DNA of 64,000 nucleotides from Sulfurimonas sp. Its GTDB lineage: Bacteria > Campylobacterota > Campylobacteria > Campylobacterales > Sulfurimonadaceae. The notes below the pieces were generated by a model. The model ran no database searches and was not told the origin of the DNA. It was given only the letters and a program-made list of their open reading frames with translations. The stretch lies in the NCBI GenBank assembly GCA_041595535.1, contig JBFHKA010000002.1:20263-84262 (forward strand), in the 5' to 3' direction. The first letter of the stretch is position 1; each line of letters begins with the position of its first letter. Shown piece after piece: positions 1 through 10,168 of this stretch. The translations under genes were made by a program, and so were the position numbers.

Positions 1-19
1 TAAACGTATTGAACTTGGC

Positions 20-409
20 ATGGAAGAGGCCGCACATACGCACTCACGTGGTCTTACAAAAGAAGAATGTGTAGCCTTAGTAGCTCAAAGCGAACTAGAT
101 GGAGATGAACTCTCAGCACTTATAGAAGCACGTGAACTTGGAATGGTAAACTTTACCATAGTTGATGTTCGTGAGCATATGGAGTGGCAAATGGGTCATA
201 TAAAAGGTGCAGATAAATTAGTGCCAACAAGTAGCTTTTTTCAAGCTTGGGATGAAGCAAAACTTGCTAAAGATGAAAATATTATTCTTTATTGTCACGT
301 AGGAAGCCGTTCAGCTCATGTTGCACGAATACTTATTGATATGGGATATAGCAAGATTGGAAACCTTACTCATGGTATAGTTTCTTACGGTGGAGAAAAA
401 ATAAGATAA
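20..409 (+). CDS. Rhodanese-like domain protein (probably 5'-truncated by the window edge)
   Basis: IVDVRE...GHIKGA and active-site loop YCHVGSRS. The frame is open back to position 2 (KRIELG-M) and there is no RBS before ATG20. Confidence 0.8.
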   Translation: MEEAAHTHSRGLTKEECVALVAQSELDGDELSALIEARELGMVNFTIVDVREHMEWQMGHIKGADKLVPTSSFFQAWDEAKLAKDENIILYCHVGSRSAHVARILIDMGYSKIGNLTHGIVSYGGEKIR

Positions 410-855
410 TGAAAGTACTTTTAATTAAAGATGTAAAAACCTTAGGTAAAGCGGGTGAAGTTAAAGAGGTCAAAGATGGTTATGGCAAAAATTTTCTTAT
501 AGGCAAAGGTTTTGCAAAACATGCCACAGAAGAAATTTTAGCACAACATAAAGCAGAGGAAGCTCAAAAAGCAGCTGATTTGGCTACAGAAATAGCTTCT
601 CTTACTGAAATGGCTAAAAAACTTGATAAATGTGAAATTATACTCACTAAAAAACTTGGTCAGAATGGTCATCTCTTTGGTTCAATTACAAAAGATGAAG
701 TAGCACAAGCACTTTTAGAACAACACACTATAGAGATAGATAAAAAACATATTGCTGATAAAGTCTCAATTAAAACTGTTGGTGAACATGAGCTAGATTT
801 AAAACTTGGACATGGTTTACACGCAACACTTCATGTTGATGTGCAGGGGGAGTAA
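409..855 (+). CDS. rplI: 50S ribosomal protein L9
   Basis: MKVLLIKDVKTLGKAGEVKEVKDGYGKNFL N-terminus and LFGSIT motif; TAATG coupling to the upstream gene. Confidence 0.98.
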   Translation: MKVLLIKDVKTLGKAGEVKEVKDGYGKNFLIGKGFAKHATEEILAQHKAEEAQKAADLATEIASLTEMAKKLDKCEIILTKKLGQNGHLFGSITKDEVAQALLEQHTIEIDKKHIADKVSIKTVGEHELDLKLGHGLHATLHVDVQGE

Positions 856-861
856 AAATTA

Positions 862-1392
862 ATGTTTGATGCCACTACCATTCTTGCCTACAAAGGTCAA
901 AATAAAGCGGTCATCGGTGGTGATGGTCAAGTTACCTTTGGAGACAGTGTTCTCAAAGGTAATGCGACAAAAATACGTACATTACATCACGGTAACATAT
1001 TAGCAGGCTTTGCTGGAAGTACAGCTGACGCATTTAATCTTTTTGATATGTTTGAAGAGTTCTTAGAAAATAAAAAAGGGGATTTACTTAAATCCGTTGT
1101 CGAATTTTCTAAAGCTTGGAGAAAAGATAAAGTGCTTCGTCGCTTAGAAGCTATGATGATAGTCCTCAACAAAGAACACATATTTATACTCACAGGTAAT
1201 GGCGATGTTGTTGAACCAGAAGATGGTGAACTCGCTTCCATTGGCAGTGGTGGGAACTATGCTATTTCGGCTGCTCGTGCTCTTAAGAAACACGCCAACC
1301 TTGATGAAGAAACTCTTGTCAAAGAGAGTTTAGCTATAGCTGCTGATTTATGCATATACACAAACCACAACATTAAAACTCTAACACTATAG
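862..1392 (+). CDS. hslV: ATP-dependent protease subunit HslV
   Basis: ATTIL (N-terminal Thr nucleophile), [28 protein letters not shown]. Confidence 0.98.
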   Translation: MFDATTILAYKGQNKAVIGGDGQVTFGDSVLKGNATKIRTLHHGNILAGFAGSTADAFNLFDMFEEFLENKKGDLLKSVVEFSKAWRKDKVLRRLEAMMIVLNKEHIFILTGNGDVVEPEDGELASIGSGGNYAISAARALKKHANLDEETLVKESLAIAADLCIYTNHNIKTLTL

Positions 1393-1402
1393 GATTGAGG
1401 GA

Positions 1403-2731
1403 ATGAACTTAACTCCAAAAGAGATAGTAGAATACCTAGATAATTATGTAATAGGTCAAAATAGTGCTAAAAAAACAATAGCACTTGCTCTTCGTACTCG
1501 CTATAGAAGAATGCACCTAGAGAATGAACTTCAAGATGAAATCATGCCAAAAAATATTTTGATGATTGGTTCAACTGGAGTTGGAAAAACAGAAATTTCT
1601 CGTCGTTTAGCTCGTATGATGAAAGTACCTTTTATAAAAGTCGAAGCATCTAAATATACGGAAGTAGGATTTGTAGGTCGCGATGTAGAATCAATGATAC
1701 GTGACTTAGTTGTAAATGCCATAAGTATTGTCAAAGCTGAACACGAAGAAGCTAATCGAGAAAAAATAGAAAATTATGCTCTCAATAAAATTGTCGAGAA
1801 ACTTCTTCCTCCACTTCCTACAGGAGCAAGTGAATCCAAAAAAGACGATTATCAAAGACTTTTAGAAGCAATGGAAAAGCGTGTTTTAAATGGAGAGATG
1901 GATGATAGAATCATCGAACTTGAACTTGAAAAAATAAATATTGAGTTTAATGATACAAATTTACCTCCTGAGATGGCAAAGGTACAAGAGAGTTTTTCAA
2001 AAGTTTTTGCCACAATTAATAAAGAAGACAATAAAAGAGAAGTGACCGTAAAAGATGCGAAAGTCCTTTTACATCAAGAGGCTTCATCTAAACTACTTAA
2101 CATGAACAGTGTAACAACAGAAGCACTTAAACGTGCAGAAGATGGTGGAATTATTTTTCTTGATGAAATAGATAAAATTGCTCTTAGTGAAAAAAGTCAA
2201 GGAAGAAATGATCCGAGTAAAGAGGGAGTACAACGTGACTTACTTCCAATTGTTGAGGGGAGTAGTGTTTCAACTAAATATGGGACAATAAATACTGACC
2301 ATATTCTTTTCATCGCTGCAGGAGCTTTTCATGTAAGTAAACCAAGTGATCTCATACCAGAACTTCAAGGAAGATTTCCGTTACGTGTAGAATTAGAATC
2401 ACTAACGGAAGAGTCACTTTACAAAATTCTTACACAAACAAACAACTCTTTACTTAAGCAATATGAAGCACTCTTATCTGTAGAAGGTATGAAACTTACT
2501 TTTGAAGATGAAGCGATACATGCAATTTCAAAACTCTCGCATAGAGCAAATGAACTTACAGAAGATATTGGGGCGAGGCGATTACATACAGTACTTGAAA
2601 AAGTACTTGAAGATATTAGCTTCAACGCTGATATGCACAGTGGTGAAGAAGTTATTATTACAGCATCACTGGTTCATGAAAAACTTGATGAAATTGTTGA
2701 AGATAACGATTTATCAAGATATATTTTATAA
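1403..2731 (+). CDS. hslU: ATP-dependent protease ATPase subunit HslU
   Basis: PKNILMIGSTGVGKTEISRRLA, EASKYTEVGFVGRDVESM, DEIDKI, ELQGRFPLRVEL, GARRL; adjacent to hslV. Confidence 0.98.
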   Translation: MNLTPKEIVEYLDNYVIGQNSAKKTIALALRTRYRRMHLENELQDEIMPKNILMIGSTGVGKTEISRRLARMMKVPFIKVEASKYTEVGFVGRDVESMIRDLVVNAISIVKAEHEEANREKIENYALNKIVEKLLPPLPTGASESKKDDYQRLLEAMEKRVLNGEMDDRIIELELEKINIEFNDTNLPPEMAKVQESFSKVFATINKEDNKREVTVKDAKVLLHQEASSKLLNMNSVTTEALKRAEDGGIIFLDEIDKIALSEKSQGRNDPSKEGVQRDLLPIVEGSSVSTKYGTINTDHILFIAAGAFHVSKPSDLIPELQGRFPLRVELESLTEESLYKILTQTNNSLLKQYEALLSVEGMKLTFEDEAIHAISKLSHRANELTEDIGARRLHTVLEKVLEDISFNADMHSGEEVIITASLVHEKLDEIVEDNDLSRYIL

Positions 2732-2751
2732 ACATAAACACAAGGAATAGT

Positions 2752-3636
2752 ATGACAAAAGCAGGTTTCGTTTCTCTGATAGGACGTCCTAACGCAGGTA
2801 AAAGTACACTAATGAATTCACTTCTTGGTGAAAAAATAGCCATGGTAAGCCAAAAGGCAAACGCAACACGCAGAAGATCAAATGCTATTGTTATGCATAA
2901 TAAAGCGCAAATCATATTCATTGATACTCCAGGACTGCATGAAAGAGAAAAAATTCTCAATCAATTTATGCTAGAAGAAGCGCTTAAGGCTATGGGAGAT
3001 TGTGATTTAATTGTTTATTTAGCCCCTGTTACAGACAATGTTGAACATTATGAACGTTTTTTAGAACTCAATAAAAATAAAATTAAGCATATTATTGTTC
3101 TAAGTAAAATTGATCAAGTGAATCAAGATAAACTTTTTAAAAGAATTGCTTCTTATAATAAATATGCGGATAAATTTGAAGCACTTATACCTGTAGCAAT
3201 TCCTAAAAAAGTTGGTCATACAGACTTACTAGACACCATTACTAGACACCTTCCAGATTCCCCTTACCTTTTTGATCCTGAAGACTTAACAAGTGAGCTT
3301 GTTCGTGATATTTATGCTGGTTTTATACGTGAGAGTATCTTTGAAAATGTGAGTGATGAAGTTCCTTACGAATCTGATGTAATTATAGAAGGCATAGAAG
3401 AAGAAAAAGGTTTAGATAGTATTTACGCAATGATTATCATAGAAAAAGAGTCACAAAAAGGCATTATAATTGGCAAAGGTGGAGAAACAATTAAACGCAT
3501 AGGAAAAGCTGCTCGAGAAAAGATAGAGAGGCTTAGTGGTAAAAAAACATTCTTGAAACTACAAGTTAATGTCAAAAAAGGCTGGACAAAGGATGTGAAC
3601 TTTTTAAAAGAGATAGGATATAACAATGCAAAATAA
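2752..3636 (+). CDS. era: GTPase Era
   Basis: GRPNAGKSTL, DTPGLH, SKID (G4), EVPY and KH-domain SQKGIIIGKGG. Confidence 0.97.
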   Translation: MTKAGFVSLIGRPNAGKSTLMNSLLGEKIAMVSQKANATRRRSNAIVMHNKAQIIFIDTPGLHEREKILNQFMLEEALKAMGDCDLIVYLAPVTDNVEHYERFLELNKNKIKHIIVLSKIDQVNQDKLFKRIASYNKYADKFEALIPVAIPKKVGHTDLLDTITRHLPDSPYLFDPEDLTSELVRDIYAGFIRESIFENVSDEVPYESDVIIEGIEEEKGLDSIYAMIIIEKESQKGIIIGKGGETIKRIGKAAREKIERLSGKKTFLKLQVNVKKGWTKDVNFLKEIGYNNAK

Positions 3637-4597
3637 TTTTTATACTATAGTGCTACTTATGCTCTTTTCAACTTCAATATTTGCTCAAGATATACTAACA
3701 GAATATAGGAACAATGGAGTTGAAGGCATTGAGCAAACAATGGATAAAGAGCTAACAAGCCAAAAATATTGGCAAGAGTATCTTCAAAATACAGACACAA
3801 CATTTGGTTATATAGAGTCTTATCCTGACATATTAGTATGTGATAAATCAAAATCGAGTTTAACACTTTATAGAAAAGACCTAAATAATACTTATAAATT
3901 GGATAAAAAGTATAGTGCTTTCACAGGAAAAATTGAGGGAGATAAATATAAGGAAGGAGATCTTCGAACTCCAATTGGAATCTACAATCTTACAGAAAAA
4001 ATATCTAATGTTGACTCTTTTTATGGTCCAATGGCATTTGTAACATCTTACCCAAATATTTATGATAAATATAAAGGAAAAAATGGATCAGGGATTTGGA
4101 TTCATGGACTTCCAATTGAACAAGAGAGAGATGAATTTACTAAAGGTTGTATTGCCATAGACAACCAAAGTATAGAGTGTCTCAACAAAAACATTGACAT
4201 AACAAAGACACTTCTTGTCATAAGTGCTGCCCAAATCAATCAGAACATTTCTAAGAAAACTCTTAGTATTATACTCTCAGAACTCTTTAGTTGGAGATAT
4301 GCTTGGATTTATAATGATTTGGAGAAATATTTAAATTTTTACTCTTCAGAATTTATTCGATATGATGGGATGAAATTTGAAAAATTTCAATCTTATAAAA
4401 AAAGGATTTTTGCAAAACAAGAAGAAAAAACAATTATTTTAAATAATATAAATGTAATACCCTATCCAAATGCAGAAAATACATTTCAAATCTCTTTTAA
4501 CGAACTGTATAAATCAACTAGTTTTTCATTTACTGGAAATAAAATATTAATTTTAAAGTTAATAGATAATAAAATGAAAATTATTACAGAAAAATAA
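3626..4597 (+). CDS. L,D-transpeptidase (YkuD) family peptidoglycan L,D-carboxypeptidase, Csd6/Pgp2-like
   Basis: Signal peptide; GDLRTPIGIY, YGPMAFVTSYPN, GIWIHG...TKGCIA (His/Cys catalytic motif); NTF2-like C-terminus (WRYAW...YLNFYS). Confidence 0.88.
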   Translation: MQNNFYTIVLLMLFSTSIFAQDILTEYRNNGVEGIEQTMDKELTSQKYWQEYLQNTDTTFGYIESYPDILVCDKSKSSLTLYRKDLNNTYKLDKKYSAFTGKIEGDKYKEGDLRTPIGIYNLTEKISNVDSFYGPMAFVTSYPNIYDKYKGKNGSGIWIHGLPIEQERDEFTKGCIAIDNQSIECLNKNIDITKTLLVISAAQINQNISKKTLSIILSELFSWRYAWIYNDLEKYLNFYSSEFIRYDGMKFEKFQSYKKRIFAKQEEKTIILNNINVIPYPNAENTFQISFNELYKSTSFSFTGNKILILKLIDNKMKIITEK

Positions 4598-5887
4598 ATG
4601 TATTTTTTTTCAATATTGCTTTTCATTTTTTTATCTGTTTCTTTACCTGCAAATGTGCAACTCATAAAAAAAGAAAATATTGATTCAAATACTACACTTC
4701 TTGTTATTGGGGGAATACATGGAGATGAACCAGGTGGTTATTTTTCTGCATCTTTGCTAGCCACGCATTACACAATCAATTCTAAAAACTTATGGATTAT
4801 CCCAAATCTTAACAGAGAGAGTATTATTGAAGACAACCGTGGAATTCATGGAGACATGAATAGAAAATTTGCCTCTATTAAGAAGATGGACAAAGATAGA
4901 GCAATTGTTGAAGAGGTAAAAAAGATAATTCTCGAAAAAAAAGTCTCTTTAGTTCTTAATTTACACGATGGGCATGGCTTTTATCGTCAAAAAGACAATG
5001 GAAGTATTTTCAACCCAACTGCTTGGGGGCAAACTTGTGTTATTGATCAATGTAATTTAAAACAAGACCAACCTTTTGGTAATTTAAACAATATAGCTCT
5101 TACTGTTAAAAATAATGTTAATAAAAGACTTCTAAAAGAGCATCATAGTTTTAATGTAAAAAATACAAAAACAAAATATGATGATGAAGCTATGCAACTC
5201 TCGCTAACATATTTTGCTGTAACAAATAACAAACCAGCTTTTGCGATTGAAACAAGTAAAAACCTATCTACACTAGCACAAAAAGTTTTTTATCAACTTC
5301 TTGCAATAGAAGAGTATATGAAAATTATGGATATAAAGTACAAAAGAGATTTTGAACTTAATGTAAAAAATCTCTCAACTATACTTAAAGACTATGGAAC
5401 TTTAAAGATAAATAACACAATTCTATTAAATTTGTGTGATATCAAAAATACTTTAAGCTTTATTCCGATAAAATCGGAGAGTAATATGTTTAATTTCTCC
5501 CATCCTTTAGGAGTAGTTAAAAAATATAAGGGTAAATTTATAGTCTTTGTTGGAAACAAAAAGATTACAGAATTAAAACCTCAATACTTTAAATTGTCGC
5601 AAACTTGTTCTGAAGATTTTACTCTTGAGGTTGATGGAAAATCACTGAAGGTTAAAAAAGCTACAGAATTTTATGTAAATGACGATTTTACGGTGAGAAC
5701 TAGTAAGGACTATCGTGTAAATATTATTGGCTTCTCCGCAAAGGGATATCTTGATGAAAGTGGGTTAGAAATCTCTATGAAAGGTTTAAACCGAAAATTT
5801 TCTCTTGATAAAGAAAGTAAAGTTTACAGGATAGAAATATATAAAAATGACGAATTCTGTTCCATGTTAATGGTTCATTTTAAATAG
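4598..5887 (+). CDS. M99 family D,L-carboxypeptidase, Csd4/Pgp1-like
   Basis: GGIHGDEPGG, GDMNRKF, LNLHDGHGFY, WGQTCVIDQ, AIETSK. Confidence 0.9.
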   Translation: MYFFSILLFIFLSVSLPANVQLIKKENIDSNTTLLVIGGIHGDEPGGYFSASLLATHYTINSKNLWIIPNLNRESIIEDNRGIHGDMNRKFASIKKMDKDRAIVEEVKKIILEKKVSLVLNLHDGHGFYRQKDNGSIFNPTAWGQTCVIDQCNLKQDQPFGNLNNIALTVKNNVNKRLLKEHHSFNVKNTKTKYDDEAMQLSLTYFAVTNNKPAFAIETSKNLSTLAQKVFYQLLAIEEYMKIMDIKYKRDFELNVKNLSTILKDYGTLKINNTILLNLCDIKNTLSFIPIKSESNMFNFSHPLGVVKKYKGKFIVFVGNKKITELKPQYFKLSQTCSEDFTLEVDGKSLKVKKATEFYVNDDFTVRTSKDYRVNIIGFSAKGYLDESGLEISMKGLNRKFSLDKESKVYRIEIYKNDEFCSMLMVHFK

Positions 5888-5898
5888 GATTATAGTTA

Positions 5899-7437
5899 AT
5901 GAGCACACCTACACAGCACTCTTTTTCCAGTGTACTATCGGTTAATCCATATAAAGGAACATACTTTAGTGGAGTATCTAGTTTTTTAAGTGAATCTACT
6001 TCACCTGAGTTTTCTAAACACCAGTTTGTACTTTCTTACTTAAATACAAAAGAGTTTATTAATGCACAAATAGAAGTTAGCAAAAATATTCCTGAAGAAG
6101 ATCTCTATGATGCAATTAACTCAAAAGCATATGATGACTTAGCATTAGATCAAGCAGTTGAATACCAGATACAGTACATAGAGACGTTTAGTAATTTAGA
6201 TGAAGAAAATAGATATTTTCATGTTTTTATTGTTGATCCTTTAACTGTTACAAGCACTTTTGCACCTGTTATTGAAAAAATAAAATATATTGATGTTATC
6301 ATCCCAGCCCCACTTCTTCTAAAGTCACTTTACTCTAAAGAAATTATTGATAATAATGGTGTTCACTGCTTTATCTATTTTCAAGAAAATGATGCTTTTA
6401 TCACTATCTATAGAGATAAAGAATTTGTTTACACAAAATCAATAAAGTACTCATTCTATGATATGCACGAAAGATTTTGTGAACTTTATGGAGAGAGAGT
6501 TGAGTATAGTAGCTTTTTAGATTTCTTTACATATCACTCCTTAAAAGAAACAACTAGTGATTACAAAGAATTCTTTATTAAACTCTATAAAGAACTCTTT
6601 GCAAATATTAATGATATTTTAACGTATGCAAAACGTGCCTTTGAAATTGACAAGTTTGAACATGTATATATAGGTTCACAACAACAAACAGTTACAAAAC
6701 TAGATGAGATGCTTGAGGTTGAATTAAATATTAAGTCTAGTGATTTTGAATTCAACTATGGTTTTGAGTCTGCAGAAAATTTGTATGTAGATCAACTTCA
6801 TGCACTTATGAACATCTATACAACACTACCAGAGGATGAAAAATATAAATGTAACTTTACAGTTTATAAGAGACCTCCTGCATTTATTCAAAGAGAGAGT
6901 GGAAAGCTTATTATGTTAGTTGCTGCTTCTTTTGCCTTAGCATTTGCATACCCAATTACATACTGGATTTTGACATATGCTCAAACATTACAAAAAGATT
7001 TATTGAAACAAGAATATGATGAAGTTCATAATATAAAAATAACTCGTGAAGCTACAATAAAAAATAAGATTGCCGACAAAGAAAAAGCAACTATTTTACT
7101 TACTCAAGAGCAAAATGAATACACAGATAAAAAGAATACTCTTGTAAAAATTCATGAAGTTAAAGTAGATTATCCTATGAAAGCTAAACTTCTTGCAACT
7201 TTTATAAAAGATTTGAACAAGTTTAGTGTTAGAGTAGACGCTATTAATTATTCTGAAAAAGAAAATAATAAATCTTTTAATTTGAATCTAGTCTCATCTA
7301 AAGACAGAAGAGTCACTCAACTTGTAGAACATCTGACAAAAATATATGAAAATAAATTTAAGTTTGAACTTGAGGATATTTCCTACGATAGTGATGTCAA
7401 ACAATATTTTAGTGAATTAAAGGTGAAAATATTATGA
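5899..7437 (+). CDS. Pilus/T2SS inner-membrane alignment protein (PilM/PilN- or GspL/MshI-like)
   Basis: About 330-aa soluble N-terminus, one TM (LIMLVAASFALAFAYPITYWIL), then coiled coil and a PilN-like C-terminus; first gene of the secretin operon. Confidence 0.55.
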   Translation: MSTPTQHSFSSVLSVNPYKGTYFSGVSSFLSESTSPEFSKHQFVLSYLNTKEFINAQIEVSKNIPEEDLYDAINSKAYDDLALDQAVEYQIQYIETFSNLDEENRYFHVFIVDPLTVTSTFAPVIEKIKYIDVIIPAPLLLKSLYSKEIIDNNGVHCFIYFQENDAFITIYRDKEFVYTKSIKYSFYDMHERFCELYGERVEYSSFLDFFTYHSLKETTSDYKEFFIKLYKELFANINDILTYAKRAFEIDKFEHVYIGSQQQTVTKLDEMLEVELNIKSSDFEFNYGFESAENLYVDQLHALMNIYTTLPEDEKYKCNFTVYKRPPAFIQRESGKLIMLVAASFALAFAYPITYWILTYAQTLQKDLLKQEYDEVHNIKITREATIKNKIADKEKATILLTQEQNEYTDKKNTLVKIHEVKVDYPMKAKLLATFIKDLNKFSVRVDAINYSEKENNKSFNLNLVSSKDRRVTQLVEHLTKIYENKFKFELEDISYDSDVKQYFSELKVKIL

Positions 7438-8066
7438 AAATAAATATTGAAGACTATTTACATAGAATTGACGCTGCTTTTAAAGGCAAAGAGCAAAAAG
7501 AAATTTACATGACTTATATTATGGTGGCAGCTGGAATTTTTGCTTTTGCATATTTATTATTCTGGGATAGCTCATTTGATAGTTTTGCAGAAACACATGC
7601 AAATGTTGAAAAACTGGATACTCAAATTAATAATGACAAAAATTATATTCGAGCTAATCCTGAAAACAAGATAACTCAATTAGATAAAGAAATACAAAGT
7701 ATTAATGATAAAATGATTGCTATAAAAGATAATAATGCATATATAAAAAGTAAAATTGAAACTATTTCCTCTTTAATCTATGACGAACGAACATGGGGTG
7801 AGTATCTTGATTCTATCTCTAAAAATGCTCAAAAATACAATGTGAAAATTATCAACTTTACAAATAAATATGCAAAAAACTCTGATTCTTTTGGTCATGT
7901 TTTAGATATTACTGTAAAGTCTGAAGCTAACTATATCAATACACTTAAATTCATCAACTCTATTGAACAAAGTAATTTAGTTGTTGATATACATGATTTA
8001 AATATTAGCGCGGGTAAAAACTTAACTTCAGATTTAAATATTTCAGTTTGGGGGATAACATACTAA
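7434..8066 (+). CDS. PilO/MshJ-like protein
   Basis: N-terminal TM, coiled coil, ferredoxin-like C-terminus (ANYINTLKFINSIEQSNLVVDIHDLNI); ATGA overlap. Confidence 0.7.
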   Translation: MKINIEDYLHRIDAAFKGKEQKEIYMTYIMVAAGIFAFAYLLFWDSSFDSFAETHANVEKLDTQINNDKNYIRANPENKITQLDKEIQSINDKMIAIKDNNAYIKSKIETISSLIYDERTWGEYLDSISKNAQKYNVKIINFTNKYAKNSDSFGHVLDITVKSEANYINTLKFINSIEQSNLVVDIHDLNISAGKNLTSDLNISVWGITY

Positions 8067-8512
8067 TGAAAACTTTATTATTAATGCTAATATTATTCAC
8101 AAGTTATGCTTTTTGTTCTGATGAACTCTCATGGGTAGATGAACAAGTTGAAGCAATTAAGCCATCAAGAATTGGGATGGATTATAGCACTTTAACTAAG
8201 CTAAGTAATCCATTTATATTTTTGGATAGAAGTGACAAAAAAGAGCAAAAATCATCCGTTCAAAGACTATTGACTACAAATTCAGCTCCAAAAAGCATAG
8301 AACTAAAAGTGCAAAAACAAGTTTTGTCTCTTTTTGCAATTTTAAATAGTTCGGCTATGATAAATCAAAAATGGTACAAAAAAGGTGATGAGGTAAATGG
8401 TTATACAATACAAGAAATTTATCCAAAATCAGTTTTACTAAGTAAAGACAAAAAACAACTGCTTCTCTCAACAAGAAGTATAAGCAAAAATCTAAAATTT
8501 CACAATAAATAG
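8066..8512 (+). CDS. MshK/PilP-like exported protein
   Basis: Start moved to ATG8066 (TAATG coupling, GGGGA RBS). Signal peptide; C-terminal LFAILNSSAMINQKWYKKGDEVNGYTIQEI beta domain; directly upstream of the secretin. Confidence 0.55.
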   Translation: MKTLLLMLILFTSYAFCSDELSWVDEQVEAIKPSRIGMDYSTLTKLSNPFIFLDRSDKKEQKSSVQRLLTTNSAPKSIELKVQKQVLSLFAILNSSAMINQKWYKKGDEVNGYTIQEIYPKSVLLSKDKKQLLLSTRSISKNLKFHNK

Positions 8513-8521
8513 GATTATAAC

Positions 8522-10156
8522 ATGACATTTATCAAAACATCGGTATACTCGACAATTCTAGCTGTTTTACTTTCAGTCAATAGTTTTGCAGATTGTTCTT
8601 ATGAACTCTTCAGTATCAGTTCAGCAAAAGATACAAAAATCATTGAGTTTATTAATCAACTCAGTGATGAATGTGGGTTTAGTATTATAGTTACAGATCC
8701 AAATGCTGAGAAGTTTCTAGAGAACAAGCTCAATAAAACAAACTTGAAAAACTTAACAATCGATGAAGTACTTGATATTATCTTAACAGAAAATAATTTA
8801 TCGTATACGCTAGATAATAATCTACTAAAAATTTCGTATCTTACAACTAGAGTTTTTGCGATTGACTATATCCTTTCTCAAAGAAAAAGCAAAGGAAATA
8901 CGGATGTGACGTTGAGTTCATCAGCAGCAAGTGGTCAAAATGGTATTTCAACAGGTAATAGTAGTAACTCTTCTGGTAACTCTGATTCATCGTCAAAAAG
9001 TTCTGATTCTCAAACTGGTATTAAAATAGAAAGCACAGATGAAGTCAAATTTTGGGAAGCTTTAGATTTAGAATTTCAAAGAGTTTTAAACCGTCCGCAT
9101 GACTCGTATGCATGTGAAGCTCCTATTATTAATAAAAATGCAGGTTTAGTAACGGTTACTGCAACATCTAAACAAATTAAACGCTTTGAAAAATATTTGG
9201 CACAACTTCAAAGTAAAGTACAATTACAAGTTTTAATTGATGTTCAACTTCTTTCTGTTACTATGAGTGAAGGCAAATCTACTGGTATTGATTGGAAACA
9301 ACTTTACGCACTCCAAAATGTTAAAGTGGCAGTAGATAGTAGAAATGTAGAAAATGTTACTAAGTTTGAAGACACATCTATTACTGAAGGTATATATGGT
9401 AATGCAAAAGCTCTCGTCCAAATGGTTACAATTCAAGCAAATGGCGAATTAAATGAAGTAGTGAAATTTCTACAAACGCAAGGAGATGTTAATTCTATAT
9501 CAAATCCTAAAGTTTTAACACTAAATAACCAGCCGGCTTTAATTACAGCTGGAACAGAATACTTTTACAAAATAACAAGTACAGAAACCTTGGCAGGTGG
9601 TTCTGGTGCTGGTGCACAGAGTCAAAATGAAAATATTCAGTCTGTTTTTGCAGGTGTGTTGCTAACAATTACACCAGAAATTTCTGATGATAAGACAATA
9701 ACTCTGAAAATAAATCCATCTCTTTCTGAAACAACTACAGACATTTCAGCAACAGATAACTCAAGTCGAAAAATGCCTCCTGATCTCTCTCGTCGTCAAC
9801 TCTCTTCTGTTGTTACCGTCAAAGATGGTAATCGAATCATTTTAGGCGGTTTAATCAATACAACCAACAGAAACGAGGCAAGTAAAGTACCTATTTTAGG
9901 TGATATTCCTGTTATAAATTATCTCTTTAAGTATGAAGAGAAAGTAAAGCAAGTGCAAGAATTAGTTATCATTATAGAGCCACATATTATTCATAAAGAG
10001 ATAAATTCTGTCTCTTTAGCTGAGTTAGGTTATGAGGGCTTAGATGAGAGTATTTTAACGGCTGAATCGGCTTCTCGATCTAAAAAAGCAGATAATCTTA
10101 GTCAGAAAAATGCTCCAAAAGTTGGTTTGAAAAATTCATCCGAAACAAACAAATAA
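8522..10156 (+). CDS. mshL: Secretin (MshL/GspD/CtsD-like)
   Basis: Ser/Gly-rich N2 insert, ISNPKVLTLNNQPALITAG, GVLLTITPEI, VTVKDGNRIILGGLI, KVPILGDIPVINYLF, ELVIIIEPHII. Confidence 0.92.
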   Translation: MTFIKTSVYSTILAVLLSVNSFADCSYELFSISSAKDTKIIEFINQLSDECGFSIIVTDPNAEKFLENKLNKTNLKNLTIDEVLDIILTENNLSYTLDNNLLKISYLTTRVFAIDYILSQRKSKGNTDVTLSSSAASGQNGISTGNSSNSSGNSDSSSKSSDSQTGIKIESTDEVKFWEALDLEFQRVLNRPHDSYACEAPIINKNAGLVTVTATSKQIKRFEKYLAQLQSKVQLQVLIDVQLLSVTMSEGKSTGIDWKQLYALQNVKVAVDSRNVENVTKFEDTSITEGIYGNAKALVQMVTIQANGELNEVVKFLQTQGDVNSISNPKVLTLNNQPALITAGTEYFYKITSTETLAGGSGAGAQSQNENIQSVFAGVLLTITPEISDDKTITLKINPSLSETTTDISATDNSSRKMPPDLSRRQLSSVVTVKDGNRIILGGLINTTNRNEASKVPILGDIPVINYLFKYEEKVKQVQELVIIIEPHIIHKEINSVSLAELGYEGLDESILTAESASRSKKADNLSQKNAPKVGLKNSSETNK

Positions 10157-10168
10157 GGTACATTATAT

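Noticed and set aside
8915-9010. Ser/Gly/Asn-rich low-complexity tract in the secretin
   Set aside because: Typical disordered insert of MshL-type secretins; no DNA-level tandem repeat unit.
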